Origin: Mobula hypostoma
Taxonomy: Eukaryota
Reading direction: 5' to 3'
DNA: 64,000 nt
Assembly (NCBI RefSeq): GCF_963921235.1
Contig: NC_086097.1
Coordinates: 56,918,001 to 56,982,000, forward strand
Shown here: positions 13,340 through 28,740 of the stretch, one piece after another
How positions within the stretch are numbered: position 1 is the first letter of the stretch
Layout: every line of letters starts with the position of its first letter
The notes under the pieces: generated by a model
The model's input: only the letters and a program-made list of their open reading frames with translations
Told to the model about the DNA's origin: nothing
Databases searched by the model: none
Position numbers and translations under genes: made by a program

Positions 13340-15001
13340 CATTAGGTTAAAGAGAACTGAAAACTCCCACAGCTCCCGATGATCCTGTGATTTCAGTCTT
13401 TACGCTGACATGCAAGTATCCCTCAGGAGGGTGAACCCACGAGTAGCATCCAGCCCAAGTGGGGTAGCTGGCCAAGCACTGATGACCTGTGTTGATCAAC
13501 TGGTTGGAGTGTTCCTCTCGCTTCGGCTGTCTGAGGCACACACCCGCTTCAAACGGGCTTGCTTCACTTGTACTGATGCCCAAGAAGACTGGTTACCTGC
13601 CTCAGTGACTATCATCCAGTAGCACTTAAATCCACAGTCATGAAGTGTTCTGAGAGGTTGGTGATGAAACATATCAACTCCTGCATGAGAGGTGACTTGG
13701 ATCCACTTCAATTTCCTTATTGGCATAACAGGTCCACAGCAGATGTCATTTCATTGGCTCTTAACTCAACCCTGTGACATTTGGACAGCAAAGATATATA
13801 CATCAGGATGCTCTTTATCGACTACAGCTCACCATTTAATACTATCATCCCTCAAAACCAATCAATAAGGTTCAAGCCCTTGGCCTCAATATCTCCTTGT
13901 GCAATTGGATCCTCTATTTCCTCACCTGCAGACCCCAGTCAGTTTGGATTGGCAATAACATCTCCACAATCTCCATCAGCACAGGTGCACCACAAGACTG
14001 TGTGCTTCGCCTCCCCAGCTCTACTCATTTTACACTTAGGACTATCTGGCTAAGCATAGCTCCATGCCATATTTAAGTTTGCTGCCATTAGAAAGAAAGT
14101 ACAGGAGCCTCAGGATTCACACCACCAGGTCCAGAAACAGTGTTTACCCCTCAACTCTTGAACCAGAGAGGGTAACTTCAACTTCACTTACCCAACACTG
14201 AAGTGAGCCTATAACCTATGGACTCACTTATCTCATGTTGATATTTATTGCTTATTTATTTGTTATTATTTTATATTTACACAGTTTGTCTTTTGCACAC
14301 TGGTTGTGCACCCAGTTGGTGTGGTCTTTCATTGGTTCTAGTCATACTCACACCACCGGGGTCACGAACAGTTACTATCCATCAACTATCAAGCTATTGA
14401 ACAAAAGGTGATAACACAGTAGTCATAGTCACAGTCATACTTTATTGATCCTGGGGGAAAGTGGTTTTCATTACAGTTGCACCATAAATAATTAAATAGT
14501 AATAAAACCATAAATAGTTAAATAGTACTATGTAAATTATGCCAGGAAATAAGTCCAGGACCAGCCTATTGGCTCAGGGTGTCTGACCCTCCAAGGGAGG
14601 AGTTGTAAAGTTTGATGGCCACAGGCAGGAATGACCTCCTATGACACTCCGTGTTGCATCTCGGTGGAATGAGTCTCTGGCTGAATGTACTCCTGTGCCC
14701 AATCAGTCCATTATGTAGTGGATGGGAGACATTGTCCAAGATGGCATGCAACTTGAACAGCATCCTCTTTCAAACACCACTGTCAGAGAGTCCAGTTCCA
14801 TCCCCACAACATCACTGGCCTTACAAATGAGTTTGTTGATTCTGTTGGTGTCTGCTACTCTCGGCCTGCTGCTCCAGCACACAACAGCAAACATGATCGC
14901 ACTGGCCACCACAGATCTTTTAAGGTTATTGGATTTATTGAGTATGCTTGCAAGAATATGAAAGTTACTGTACTTAAGTAATAAATGTACTTTGAACTTT
15001 G
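13340..15001 (+). mobile_element. Rex/Babar-like LINE fragment with an antisense LINE tail nested at ~14419-14915
   Basis: RT motif [18 protein letters not shown]. The nested piece encodes RRSFLPVAIKLYN and has a (catagt)-like tail. Confidence 0.75.
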
Positions 15002-17249
15002 AATAATCCCAAGTTCCATTTTTGTCTGACAGGGACAAAATGGCTGCCTTCTATGATTTTATAATTTGTTGGAAAGGTCAATTTTTATTCATAACATTTA
15101 ATTGTCCTTAAGAAGCTGGTGGTGATCTGATGCCTTTAGCAACTAAAATTCTTTTAAGTATGAAATACTTCTATTTTAATAGCACTTTGATTTCTGATTA
15201 CACCTATAATGAAATGCAAATGTGAGCCCAGCGCACATAGCACTTGGGTCTAGAAGTATTCCTGCGAATGGAACACTGCAAGTGGTTTAATTCATGTTAG
15301 CAGTACTTGGGTCATTTGCAGTACAGCCCCCATTCCAAAGTTTAAGAGCTTCCACTCAGAGACTTAGCTTCATGGATGGGTGGAAGAGTGATCAATCAGT
15401 AGATGGACAAATGGGTGCATAAACCCATTTGTTATAAAAGCCTTTATGTGCAGGCAATTGAGAGTGTGTGTGGGTCATTACATAATATGCCCTATTATAT
15501 ATAATATTTTCCAGTTATGTCAAAAGGCCATAAACTGTTCAATTTCTTTATGGTTTGTCCCTAATCTGCAAAGATGTTTGACGATCTGTTTAAGTCTCAG
15601 TAAAGTGTAAATTTTATCTTTTAAATTAATCCAATTAAAAATACTTTGCATTACCTCCCCTTTAAAGCAGTGTTGGAAGGCACCTCTTTGTCACTCCTTT
15701 TGCACCCTACTTCTGCCAGGATGGGAAATAGAAATTGTTCTAGTATACATATGCAGAGTTGATTCTTGCTCTATAACTAAAGTGGACCATATATTCTCAA
15801 ATTACAATTTCTAATCCCTTGTAAATCATTAGATCAAATTAGGTTCTTCAAGTTATTGTAGTTAGAATTGCAGTAATCATCCTAAATGAAAATGTATGAG
15901 AATTAGGTTAGGATTATTGTTCAGATACTGAAACACATAGAAGGTCTTATTCTGGATTCAAACATGTACTGTATGCACAATTCTTTCTGGATATTTAATG
16001 TCCAGAGAATACCCAAATATAGAAGACATGAGGCTTTCATTTAATTAAACCAATGAGATACTTATAAAAATCCCCTATATAACATTGTTATATTTTAATT
16101 ACTTTAAATGATAAAATGTGATGGGGATGGGGGAAATTCAAGGGGCCTGTGCTCTCAAATTGCTTGCAATAAGGTCAGTGTCCAATATCCTGCACATCAC
16201 TTGTGCCAGCAAGTCCCTGATTTCAAGATTTTTCTGATTTTTAAAAAATTCTTCCACATTTTACTTAAGACTTTAAAAAAACTTGTCTTCAAGTTCCAAA
16301 ACTAATAAATTGTTCAGAATTTGGTCTAGCCAAGTTCCTCTTCCACACAAGCTGTCCTTTCCACAAATGAGACCACGCCCTCAGAATTTACAATCTCACC
16401 TGATGAAATTCCTCACTCCTGCACCCTTCATGTGATTGCAGAATATCCTAAATAGTACATCTTGTAAAGTGAAAAGCAGAGAATCTTTTGAGCATGAGGA
16501 ATATGGTAATGGTGGTGCTAGTTTTCACCTCCAGATTTAGTAGTTTGTGCAAGTTTGAGGGAGCAAGTATTTAAAATTGTCTAATGTTTTAGTGCAAGTT
16601 AGCGTTTAAAAATATTTTTAGCCTATTGTAAGTTCGTCAATGTTATCTCAAGAATGCTGCTCGTCAGTTCTAGGAGTTGCTAGGAGTGTGTATAGCAAGA
16701 TTGACCAGAGTTACCATGCTTGCTTAAGTTTCTGCCAGTATACATCCAGCTTATAATACAAAGTGGACTGGAGATTCTATTGACACACTAAGGACAAGAA
16801 TCAAAAACCAGGCATAAAGATTTAAAGTTACAGGTAGAAAGAAGCAAGAAAGTCGTGAGCTAGTATCTTTTGCCCAGGGGGTCTGGAACTTGCTGCCTGT
16901 AAGGATTATAAAATTAGAAATCCAAACCTTGGTAAGGCTATTGATTTATGTTGGTCGATTTTTTTCCCCCCTCTCCTCACCCTCCCCCCTTGAATGGCAG
17001 AGATATGACAGGCTGGTTGACATTTTTCCATATTGCAAAATTTCAATTACTTTTTTTTTCTTAGAGGTGGACTACGTGGATGGTTTGATTTAGAACATGC
17101 GAACTCTAGGAGAGAGGGAGGATTACTATGGTGTTGGCCTGACTGACAATGAAAGTTACTTAACAGTGGGGTATTATACAATTTGTTGGAGAGAAAAACT
17201 TCCAGACAGTTATGAGGGGTATCTTGACCTAAGAGGATATCTTAACACA

Positions 17250-20200
17250 AGTGGTGGACGTAATCATGATGGCTAACATTAGGATCAATATGGGAAGAAG
17301 TAAGCACTAATTCACTAATTCTCAGATGAAGGTTTTCCTAAGCTAAGGCAACATTTAAAAAAAAACACAAGACCTCCAGGACTGTTAAATGCATTTATTA
17401 CTCAAAGTAGCAGAATGCTAAAATTAGTCTGACAGACAAGGCATAAAGAAGTGTTTAAAAGAGCTACTTTACCACATGAGAAATGGGTATCTATACTTGT
17501 GGAAAATGAGGAAATGGAGTTTTATTTTTACAAGTGCATAGAGTAAAAGAAATAAAATGGATTAAGTTTCAGATGTAAGTGTGCAAGATGGTAGGTTTTT
17601 AAGAGCCAGCTGAGACTTGAGGGGCAGAATGGACATAAGGAAACAAAAATATTTTTGAAAGGCAGACTTTAACTTTGAATTTTAACTTTCACACAGATTG
17701 TGAAAAGTTGACTTGTCAGCACGGAGCATTTCCCCAAGTATGTACATGATATTTTTGTACATATTCCATAATCAAAAGAATAGCATGCCATGTCCAATTT
17801 GATAAGCCAATAAACGAGCTCTATAATTAACCTAAAGATGCAATCACATTTAACCGAAGGTGATTACATGACGTGAATGTCACGTTTGAAAGGGAGAGAC
17901 AAAAAAAAAGCAAGCTGATAAAGTAATTAAGGCTATGGGAGATACGCAGAAGGGAATTTAATGAAAATCAGAAAGTTTATACCACCAATAGGTACAACTT
18001 CTACTTCCCTAAAAGCAGTACCCCTCCCCCAGATACAAGTAAAGGAAAATACAAAAAGAAAATGCCGAAGATAGCAGTGAACCTGCTGAAAGCCATATTA
18101 CAAAACAAGTCATACTTTATTGATCCCGGGGGAAATTGGTTATACCAAATGGAGTACAAAAAGTTTGAAAAGATTATCAAAAGTAATACAATTTTAAAGA
18201 AACAATAGGTTATATTCACCCTGGGCTTCCTGTAATGAAAGTGAAAATAAGGAAATGAGGCAGGGGAAGTGTGTTCAGGAGACATGTTGTAAGATAAGCA
18301 GACAGGACAGTGTCAGATTAAAAGGAATACTGAATTAGAATGATGACTTGCAAAAATAAAGATATGCAAGAAATGCAACAGTATAAAGAAAATAATGAAT
18401 TGCTTTAATTAATTACCAGGATCAAATAGTTTCCCAGAGTTTTAAATGAAACTAGATACACTAATAAACTTCCAAAATTCTCCTGAATTGCGAATCATTG
18501 TTTTAGTTCAGTAAAATCACTCTATTTAAGGCAGGCAAGTAAGGGAAACCAGTATGTTACCACAATTTTACCTAACATTTATTAGAGAGAAATTACTTAC
18601 GTCTATAATTAAGGGTAAGTTCATTCAACAGCATGAAAAGTTGCCAAGGCAGCATGGATTGAACTTTCTTAGAAGGGTGATAAAATTACTGGATAGAACT
18701 TTGGTCACAACATTGTGGACCAAAGGGCCTATTCTTATGCCAGTGATATTAAATCTGATTCTGATCATACAGCATATGTTGGGGAATTTTTAACTTTACA
18801 GCAGCAGTATAATAAAATAAATGAGGAAAAAATGTTACATTAATAGATGTCTATTAAATAGCTAAGTTAAAATAAGTAGTGCAAAAAAACAAATAAAAAG
18901 GTAGTGAGGTCGTGTTCATGGGTTCAATGTCCATTTAGAAATCAGATGGCAGAGGGGAAGAAGCTATTTCTGAATTGCTGAGGGTGTGCCTTCAGGCTTC
19001 TGTACCTCCTTCCCGATGGTACCATTATGAAGAGAGCATGTCTTGAGTGGAGGGGATCCTTAATGATGGGCACTACTTTCCTAAGGCACTGTTCCTTGAC
19101 GATGTCTCGGATACTACGGAGGCTAGTACCTATGATGGAGCTGACTAATTTTACAAATTTCTGCTCCTTATTTCAATCTTGTGCAGTAGTCCCTCTACAC
19201 CAGATGGTGACGCAGCCAGTCAGAATGCTCCCCATGATACATTTGTCTCAGTTTGAGTATTTTAGTTGACAAACCAAATCTCAAATTCCTAATGAAGTAT
19301 AGCTTTCTTGCCTTCTTTATAGCTGAAGCAAAATGTTGTCCAGGTGCGGTCCTCAGAGATATTGACAAACAGGAACTTGAAATTGTTCACACTCTCCACT
19401 TCTGATCTTTCTATGGGGATTGTTTGTGTTCCCTCATCTTACCCTTCATATGTTAATATCTACAAATGTCATTTATATGGACTTCCAGAAGGCAATATGA
19501 TAAAGTCACTTGTAAGAGACACTGTTGCTGAAGTAAAAGCTTGAAAGTTGAAGGGAAATCCATGCCCTGATTAGGAAATTTGCTAGTCGGAATAATGGAC
19601 AGCCAATTTAATTGGCATATGAATAATGGTGTCCTTCAGTGAATGGAGGAAGGGAAAAATAGACACTGTGTAATGAAAACCAAGTTTTGCTGATGATATA
19701 ATAATAGGGAGCATATGTAGCAACCAAATCTGTGGAAGGGAAGATTTTAATAAATTAAACAGTTATGAATAACTTGCAAATTCAATTCAATGCAAGCAAA
19801 TGGCATTTTACTTCAGTTTGTTCCACAAAATAATAGAACTGAATGCTTTCTAAATGTTGCAAAATTATAGGCACATATCTATGCACATGGATTTAACAGA
19901 GATACAAAAACATCTAAAAGGCTAATTAAATGTATGTTGGGTCTAATATCCAGAGATCCACGGTTAAGAATCAGTTTTACAAAAGTAGTTAATCATGGAA
20001 AATACTATGTATTTCTGGACATCATCTCAATACAAATTAGCCAGATGAACCTGACCAAGGGTTAAACAATGACGACCAATTACAAGAATTGGGACAAATA
20101 AAGAAATGCTAGAAGAACCAAGGCGGTCATGCAGTATCTGTGGAAAGAGAAAACTAGTTAATGTTTCAGAGCTGAAGGGTCTTCAATTCCAGCATCTACA

Positions 20201-20400
20201 ATTTTAATTGTTTTCCATTACACAAACTGGGAGTGCATTCCCTGTAATTTGTAAAGCTGTGACTGGATTAGATTAATTTTGAATATATTAAAAGGGAACG
20301 TTAGAATAGACAGAAAATACCTGTAGTGAATACAGGGCATAACAATTAGAGCTAGTCCTTTTAAATTTAGAGGACACTTATAAATGTAAAGACATTTCTA
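17250..20400 (+). mobile_element. Highly decayed CR1 remnants, interrupted by a Rex-like fragment (-, ~18760-19450)
   Basis: Remnants such as caagttttgctgatgata (KFADD); ORF 19027-19269 is antisense to the Rex-like tail. Confidence 0.5.
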
Positions 20401-21259
20401 ATAAAATTATTACGCACAACCGAAATGAACTGAAACAGGAATATACCGAGTAGGCAGTGGAAGCATTTATAAATGGGCTCTGTTTATATCGAGGTTCATA
20501 TGATCTTATCCAGAATTTGGAAAATACACCAAAAAATCACTCCACTGGTAACCATACCTTGAATTGAACTGGTTGCCATGAATGGTATCAAAAGCATACA
20601 AGTGATAAGGAAGAACAATTACTGATTTTTATATCTAATTATGGATGCTTGTTCATATGTATGGGTGTCCACAACTCAGTAATTCTTGACCTATATACTG
20701 TATTTTCAATCTGGCACAGTGAATAAGCTTCATTTCTGCTAAGTAGTCATTATCAGTGAAATTCTGGGCAAAGGAAATTTTTGCTTATTGCAAACTATAT
20801 TGATTGATTTTCCATAATATAAAAGTTCAAATGTCATCCAAAGAACAACAAATTAAGATTTCCAGTCTGCAATAGAAAAGGTTTATTTGTAACATTACAT
20901 TTACTAATATATACAATATATGGGAGATTAACTTGGCACAATTCCAGTGTAAACACCTATAGCATTTTAACCTTATAACAATATTTATTCCATTTTAATG
21001 ACAGACTGCAACTTGATCTTTGTGCATCACAATAAAAAATTTCTAGCAAAAATTACTTCTAAAATTAGGATTTAAACAAGTGTAGAAGGTTACAGTAGAC
21101 ATTTTACATTGGAAATTTAATACCTTTAATAAAGTTATTTTGGTAAAGGCCACTCTCCATGAAGCTTGATCATGTACTTTCTCACCCTAGAGCAGAGCTA
21201 CAATTGAATTAAGCTTGTGTAGAGTAGGCATCTGTAATAAGTACAATTACTCAAGGTGT

Positions 21260-22075
21260 GTGGGTATTCAGTGAGGAAGGCTGTTATGACTTGCAGAGGG
21301 ATTTGGAAAAGCTGAAAAAATGGCAGATGGAATTTAATGCAAATAAGTGCGAGGTGCTGCAGTTTGGTAGGACCAACCAGCGCAACTCTTAACACTGTGA
21401 ACAGTAGGGCACTGAGGAGTGTGGTAGAACAAAGGGATCTGGGAATACTGGTCCATAATTCATTGAAAGTGGCGTCACTGGTAGATAGGGCCATAAAGAA
21501 AGCTTTTGGCAGATTAGCCTTCATAAATCAATGTATTGAGTATAGAAAATGGGATGCTATGTTGGAGTTGTACAAGACATAGGTGAGGCTTAATTTGGAG
21601 TGTTGTGTGCAGTTATGGTCATCTATCTACAGGTAAAATGTAAATAAGATTGAAAGAGTATAGAGAAAATTTACAAGGAGTTATAAGGAAAGATTGAATG
21701 GGTTAGGACTTTATTCCTCAAAACGTAAAAGCTTGAGATTTGATGTATACAAAATTATGAGTGGTATAGATAGAGAAAAATGAAAGCTGGCTTTTTCCAC
21801 TGAGGTTGGGTGGGACTACAACCAGAGGTCATGGGTTAAGGGTAAAAGGTGAAAAGTTTAAGGGGAAGAGGAGGGGAAACTTCTTCACTCAGAGGGTTGA
21901 GAGCATGGAATGAACTGTCAGCAGAGTGGTGCATGTGAACGTAATTTTAACTTGGATAGGTAAATGGATGGCAATGGTCCTAGTGCAGGTCAATGGGAGT
22001 AGCACTTTAAATGGTTTCCGCATGGACTAGATGAGCCAAAAGGCCCATTCTGTGCTGTACTTTTCTACGACTCGA
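21260..22075 (+). mobile_element. CR1 LINE 3' fragment
   Basis: KWQMEFNANKCEVL, EQRDLGILVHNSLKVASLVDR; typical 3' UTR. Confidence 0.88.
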
Positions 22076-24469
22076 TGACTGTTAAGAATATCAATTTCAA
22101 TCATCTCCCTCCCAACCCTGTTAAGACTATGTCTTGTACAATTTTTAAAAATATCTTTAAAACAGCTATCAGATTTTAAGCTGAGGGAAAAATGACATCT
22201 ATATTGAAGATTTCTTCTACCAGACTGAGGATACCTGAAAAGATTAATCTGACAGAGAAAGAGCAAATACAACCATTTCCTTCAAGTTCAAATGAGGCAA
22301 ATTACTTGAAGGCAAAATCTATTTTCTTTACCATGTGAGAAAGGAGACCATCAAACACTACAAAATGAAGCACTGTCATTCTAATAAAGGTCTTAATTTT
22401 AAAATCAAGTAAACCCAAGGAAAACAAGACAGCAAAAAAACTGTCATTTTGTGGAGGCAAAGGACGATCAATGCTTTGGGTCAAGCCTCTGCACAATCCT
22501 GATGCCTCCACAGATGCTGCTTAACTAGCTGAGTTCCACCAGTTTTTTTCTTTGCTCCAGATTACAGCATCTGTAGTCTGTCTCTATTAAAAGAATGGAA
22601 CCTGGTGGAATGTTAAGGAGGTCAGTATCCACCTTTCATTTATAGATGAATGATGGGTTTGGTGGCAAGAGCATGGGTCATTTGAAAAAGAAAATTGCAA
22701 GGATCGTGACAAAGGGATAACATGGGTGCCATGGAAGAGAGTTGCCACGACTCAGATATTCATTAAATTCAGCCTTTTAATTCCACTACAAAACACCACT
22801 CCTTCAAATGCAAGACAAGTTAAATGAAGAATTTAGGGGGAGAGAAACAGAAGAAATACAGCTTATTTTAATCTCCCTTGTCCACTGATATACTTACACT
22901 AATAATTAGCTTATGTACAAAGACTATACTTTTTCCTTTCAGTAGTGACCCTATTTAATAAAGTATTATTTAGCTGTTGAGTTTTGAGATAACATGCAAA
23001 TAAGTATTCATGTTTATGAGTTAAATTTAATTCATCTGCATAGTCAAGGGCTGATCTAATTCCTGCAAATATTTTAGCTGCATCCTTCCACTCAATCCTC
23101 ATTAATCAATTTGTTTTTCATGGTTCTTCACATGAGGTAGCACCCAGGCCACACTGATTTTTCTAATAAATACATCTTTAACATATACATGTCTATGCAA
23201 ATACAATCATCCCATTTCCAGAACACCTGTGCCAAATGGCTCCCTGCTGTGAGATGTTCTTATAAAAGTACTAATTGAATGTGTCAATGGAAATAGTTAA
23301 AAAATCTAACTTCAACATTCAAGTATTTTAATGCATTAAAGTTCATTTATTCTTTTAAAACAGCACAAATTTACATTAATTTTGGATTGGGGATATATTA
23401 GGTACAAAGGAGAGGGCCCTGGTTAGATCTACATTGTTTTTCTGAAGAAAGTCTTGTGCTGGTATATTTTAAGATATATATACAGGTCATTCACATGGAT
23501 TAAATTAAAGACACTATGATCAGTAAAACGAAGCTTCTTCCAGGTGGAGGACTCCAGAAATGGGAGTATTGCTGAACTATTATACAGAATATGGCACCAG
23601 CTTTAAGATTAAATACATAATAAGACTGTTAAAAACTAGTCTGGTATTTTACAACTTGGCAAAATTACTGCTCTTTCAGGGACTGGGCCTCTTACTTTTT
23701 GGCCACTGCAACAATTTATTTAAATTTCTTCCCATCTGATCAAAATACAGGACTGCATACATGTATAAAAGTTTTTTTTCCACTTCCAAATTTTAGTAAT
23801 TTCACTAAGAGTAAAATGTATTGTTTTATTATTAGCTGTATTCTATTTTCTTAGACCAGGATCTAATGGAGATACTATTTTGTGAAACAGTTTTTCAATT
23901 TTGAAATATTGGTTCTTGGACATCCAAAATACTCTTCAGTTATAACTCATTAAAAATAGTCTCAAAATATCTCAGCCAAAATGCACTGTGGAGTGAGTGT
24001 TGCATCCCTTAGAGGATTAAAAAAGTATACCATTTCTTGGACAGATGGCAAATCATAATTAAAACAACTACACAGAATATGAGAATGTTAAAATGAATCA
24101 GGGTGTATAGTTAATGCTCAAATGAAGCAAAAATTACTATCTAAATTTTTGTAGAGGTTCATTTGAAGAAGCAGTAATTTTTATTGCTTATTTGTAGCAA
24201 ACTACCTTTTAAGTATCCACTCTACATTGTTAAAATCTTGAAGTTGTTGGCAAATTCTGCACAATAGTTCAGCCAAGTGAAACTCTCACTTTCAGGGTAC
24301 AAAACCCAGAAGGTTTCCTTTTCTGATATACGACAGTTTTATTTATTGTCATTAGTAAAATGTCAACAAATGTATTCACAAGCAGGTTTTCTTCTGTTTA
24401 TAAAGTTAATGATATTAAGCATACCAATTAAGATAGATCACCTCACTGCTGTCAGAGGGCAGCAGTGAG

Positions 24470-25930
24470 TGTACATGCTATTACTGAGGAGAAGGTGCTT
24501 GGAAAGCTGAGAGGTCTGAAGGTAGATAAATCACCTGGACCAGATGGACTACACCCTAAGATTCTAGAATGTTTCCAGAGGATTGGAAGAAAAAAAAATC
24601 ACAGATGTTACTTCACTTTTTAGGAGAGGGAAGCAAGCAAAGGAAATTATAGGCCAGTTAGCCTGAATTCAGTGATTGGGAAAATGTTGGAGTCTATCAA
24701 GGATGAGGTTTTGGAATACTTGGAGGCATATGATAAAATAGGCCAAAGTTAGCCTGACAAATCTGTTGGAATCTGACGAAATAACATGCAGGATAGACAA
24801 AGCTGATGTTGTTTATTTGGATTTTCAGAAGACCTTTGACAAGGCGCTGCACAGGAGGCTGCTTAACAACAGCCCATGGTATTACAAGAAAATACTAGCA
24901 TGGATAGAAGTTTGGGTGACTGGCAGGAGGTGCTTTTTCAGGTGGTTGCGGCTGACCAGTGGTGTTCTGCAGAAGTCTGTGTTGGGACCATTTCTTTTTA
25001 CATAGGTCAATGATTTGAGATGGCTTTGTGGCTCTGTTTGCGGACGTTATGAAGACAGGTGGGTGGGTAGGTAGTGTTGAGGAAGCTGGGAGTCTGCCGA
25101 TGTATGTATATAGATTAGGAAAATGGACAGTGACAGATAGAATATAGTGTAGGTAAGTGCATAGTTATACACTTCGGTAAAAAGAATAAAAATGTAGGCT
25201 ATTTGCTAAATAGGGAGCAAACTCAAAACAGATGTGCAAAGGGACATGGCAGTCCTATTGCAGAATTCCCTAAAGGTTAATTTGCAGGCTAAGTCAGTGA
25301 TAAAAAAAAAGGCAACTGCAATGTTAGCATTCATTTCATTGAGATTAGAATACAAAAGCAAGGATATAATGCTGAGGCTTTACAAGTCATTGGTCAGACC
25401 ACACTTGGAGGATTGTGAGCAGTTTTCAGCCCCTTATCTACGAAAAAGTCCAGAAGAGGTTCACAAGAATGATCCCGGGAATGAAAGGGTTATCGTATGA
25501 GGAGTGTTTGATGGCTCTGGGCCTGTACCCAGTGGAATTTAGAGAAATGGAGGTGGGGAAATCTCACTGAAGCCTATTGAATACTGAAAGGCCTAGAATG
25601 ATGTGCTAGGATGTTTTCCATATTGGAGGAGTCTGGGATCAGAGAGATCAGCTTCAGAATAGAGAGGTGTCCATTTAGAACAGATGAGGAAGAATTTCTT
25701 TAGCCAGAGCGTGGTGAATCTATGTAATTCGTTGCCACAGATTGCTGTGGAGGCCATGTCTTGGGTATTTAAGATGGAGGTTGATAGGTTCTTGATTAAT
25801 ATGGTGTCAAAGGTTACAGGGATAAATCAGGAGAATGGGGTTGAGATGGATATTAAATCAGACATGATGGAATGGCAGACCAGACTCAATGGGCTGAATG
25901 GCGTAATTCTGCTTCTGTGTCTTATGGTCT
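24470..25930 (+). mobile_element. CR1 LINE fragment (RT to 3' end)
   Basis: DVVYLDFQKTFDK, SGVLQKSVLGPFLF, LYKSLVRPHLE, MRKNFFSQSVV. Confidence 0.88.
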
Positions 25931-26109
25931 GTAAAGGGCATGTGGCAAAATGAAACTAATACAGAAAGAGGAATTTCAATAATATCACAAATAATGAAAA
26001 AAATGTTGCAAAAGCTTAAGACATAGGGAATTACTATGACCCTTCAAAACCACAATTCCAAACAAACTCATCTCCAGACTTCTAAAAAGAGGACTCAGCA
26101 CTTCCCTTT

Positions 26110-26820
26110 GCAGCTGGAAACTTGATTTTCCTGACCATCAGACCACAATCAGCATGGATGGGCAGCAACACTCTCAGCACTGGTGTCCCATAAGGCTGCC
26201 CACTCATTACCCTACTTTACTCCCTTGTGTTTTCAAGTCCTTGTGGCCCGATTCTACATAATATACACTTTTGGATAGTGGGCTGGATCTCAATGACAAG
26301 ATGGAGTACAGGAAAGAGAGAGTCAACTGGCATGGTATTATGACAATTCTAAGAGATCTCTTGAAAGGATTCTATCCAAATGCATACAACTTGGTATAGC
26401 AATTGCTCTGCTCAAGATTCCAAAAATTGCAGATAGTTGTGGAGTTTACTCTTATGAAAACCTGCCTCTACTCCATTAACTGTTTACACATCACTGCCTC
26501 AGAAAATAACATAAGACTCCTCCCACCCACTCACCCAATTACACCAGGCAAGATAAAGCTCGAAAATATGCACCACTAGACTCAAGGACAGGTTTTAATC
26601 TCTAGCATGTTAAAATTGAAGTTCTGATCTTATATTCTACCCCCACATGGCCCTTACACCTTATTTAGCTGCAGCTCACAATATGCAAACGTAACATACA
26701 TTCTGCATTATGTAATTGCTTCTCATTTGTACTACCTCAAGGTACTTATGTTTTGAAATGTGTATGGATGGTATCCAAAACTTAAGTTTTATGCCATATC
26801 TCAGCATATCTGACAAGAGG
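26110..26820 (+). mobile_element. Old Rex/Babar-like LINE fragment
   Basis: Decayed match to other copies (ctcagcactggtgtccca, caccactagactcaaggacag). Confidence 0.55.
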
Positions 26821-26884
26821 AAACCAATTCCAAAGAATAGTCTTATTGACTACCTCTCCAAATATTACTTTATTTAGTCTTATA

Positions 26885-27764
26885 CAGGTTGAGTACCCCT
26901 CATCTGAAATCTGAAAACACTTCTGGCTCCAAGTATTTCAGATATTAGAATATATGATATATAGCTTGGGACCGCCATCATTTCCGACTGAATTAATGTG
27001 CTACTGGTAAGCAACCTTTGTCTTGCATTTGCTCATCACACATACAGTTATGTACTTAACAATAAACATTATTACGTATCATTAATATAACAAAAATATA
27101 ACGTGTGCAGGGTAACAAAAACCGCAACAGGCTTTCAGTCTGCACCTAGATGCCTTGTTTTCAGTAAAAGGTTACAGTACACTATGTATTTTTTTTTAGG
27201 TTTTGTGTTAAGAATAAAAACATTCAGCATTGTAGACTTGTTCTGGTTTTAGATATTCATCAGTGACAACCGTATCAATGCATTTCTCTGCTGCTCCATA
27301 ATCAGCAAGCGCTTTATTTTTAATTTTTTTTAAAAATAAATCTTTAAAAATTTAATGGCACTCCTTTTCTTAAATTTCTGCAACCAGTCTGCTGAATATT
27401 CACAACTGCATTCAATTTTAAGTCTGTTGTGATAGATCTTTGCTTGTTTCATGATCAGCATACTACTAAGCGGCATATGATCACTCTCACACTGACAAAT
27501 CCATTCTTTCAATATACGATCGATTTCTTAATTTTTCACTTAATGCAGTGTTTCAAAAACTTTTCCTTAACTTATTATTCATATTAATATGTTATATTAA
27601 TATTCATTACATACACGAGATCACTTCTAAGGATTGTCTGTGCTGCGCAGAGACCTGTTCGTTGCCTGAGAACCTTCCCAGCACCTTATGGAATTTTTCA
27701 TTTGGGACATCATGCAAGCACTCAAAAAAAAAAATCAGATTTTGGATAGGGGGTATTCAACCTG
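26885..27764 (-). mobile_element. Tigger/pogo (Tc1-mariner) internal-deletion derivative
   Basis: TIRs CAGGTTGAGTACCCC / GGGGTATTCAACCTG with TA on both sides; CENP-B-type HTH fragment (KEWI...KQAKIYH...WLQKFKKR). Confidence 0.9.
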
Positions 27765-28522
27765 TATAATTAAACTTACTTTTGAATTTTTTAGTTCTTT
27801 AATCTTAGTCGAAAGAAGGAAATAAAGGTATTACTAACTGTGTTTGAAATACAATTAACTTGTGGCATCATTAGCTGATCAAGCTGTGAAAACAGTTTAT
27901 GACAATTTGGCCTTAGGCAGTCTTCAAGAATATCATAAAAGGAAACTGATTGAAGAAGATGTACTAGTCCATTTTCTTACTGAAAATGAAACAGGACTCT
28001 CTAAAAACATACCCAGGTCAATTTTCTGTTTTTAATTTACTGGAATCTATAAAACTGGCTGAAATTATGCACTTTGTCCCAATTAGGTCATATTTAGAAA
28101 CCAATCAGTAAAGATTTTCAGTGATCATCCCTGACAGATTATAAAGAATTAACTTTAAGAAGCTGTGGCAAAGGGATAATAGTCAAACAGAATATAGCAG
28201 AAAGCAAAATTGAATCTTTGAATGGAAAATAGGTGGTAATTACTGATCCATGAGAGTCTGCACACTTAAATTATATGGACTTAGGAAAAGACAAAATCAA
28301 TATGCGCCAATGTCAAACTTCCTGAAATTGGATGTTAATTTGTTTATCACAGTGAGGCCTTAGAGCCATCAGGGAAGTGTAAGTTTAATGCAAAATCAAA
28401 ATATCTCTATTTCCTATACTTTTAAAATGGGATAGAGAAACATTCATATATACAGACCACTAAAAATGAGACAATACAGTTAAATATTTTTAAATTGTTT
28501 CATAAAATAGTAATGATAGATA

Positions 28523-28740
28523 CAGGTCCTCCCCACTTTACAAACATCTGACAGCCCATACATACGAACAAGTGTTTGGGGGACTGCCAGAATGGATTTG
28601 CTGATTGGTGCAGGACTGCAAGCACCTTCTTCCATGTGGGAAGATGGTTTGTGGCCACATTTCTGACTTGCGAACTGCTCAGGTTACAAACAGATCATAG
28701 GAACTGAACCTTGTCGATGAACTCTGCTGAGGAAGATCTG
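28523..28740. mobile_element. Tigger-like MITE
   Basis: Imperfect TIRs CAGGTCCTCCCCA / TGAGGAAGATCTG, flanked by TA. Confidence 0.65.

Noticed and set aside
15190..15330. Octamer ATGCAAAT motif suggesting an snRNA gene or enhancer (also near 23195)
   Set aside because: No recognisable snRNA body; the motif is common in AT-rich DNA.
27330..27512. TIGD/JRK-like host gene (also 35347-35622)
   Set aside because: Short HTH fragments inside TIR-bounded Tigger derivatives.
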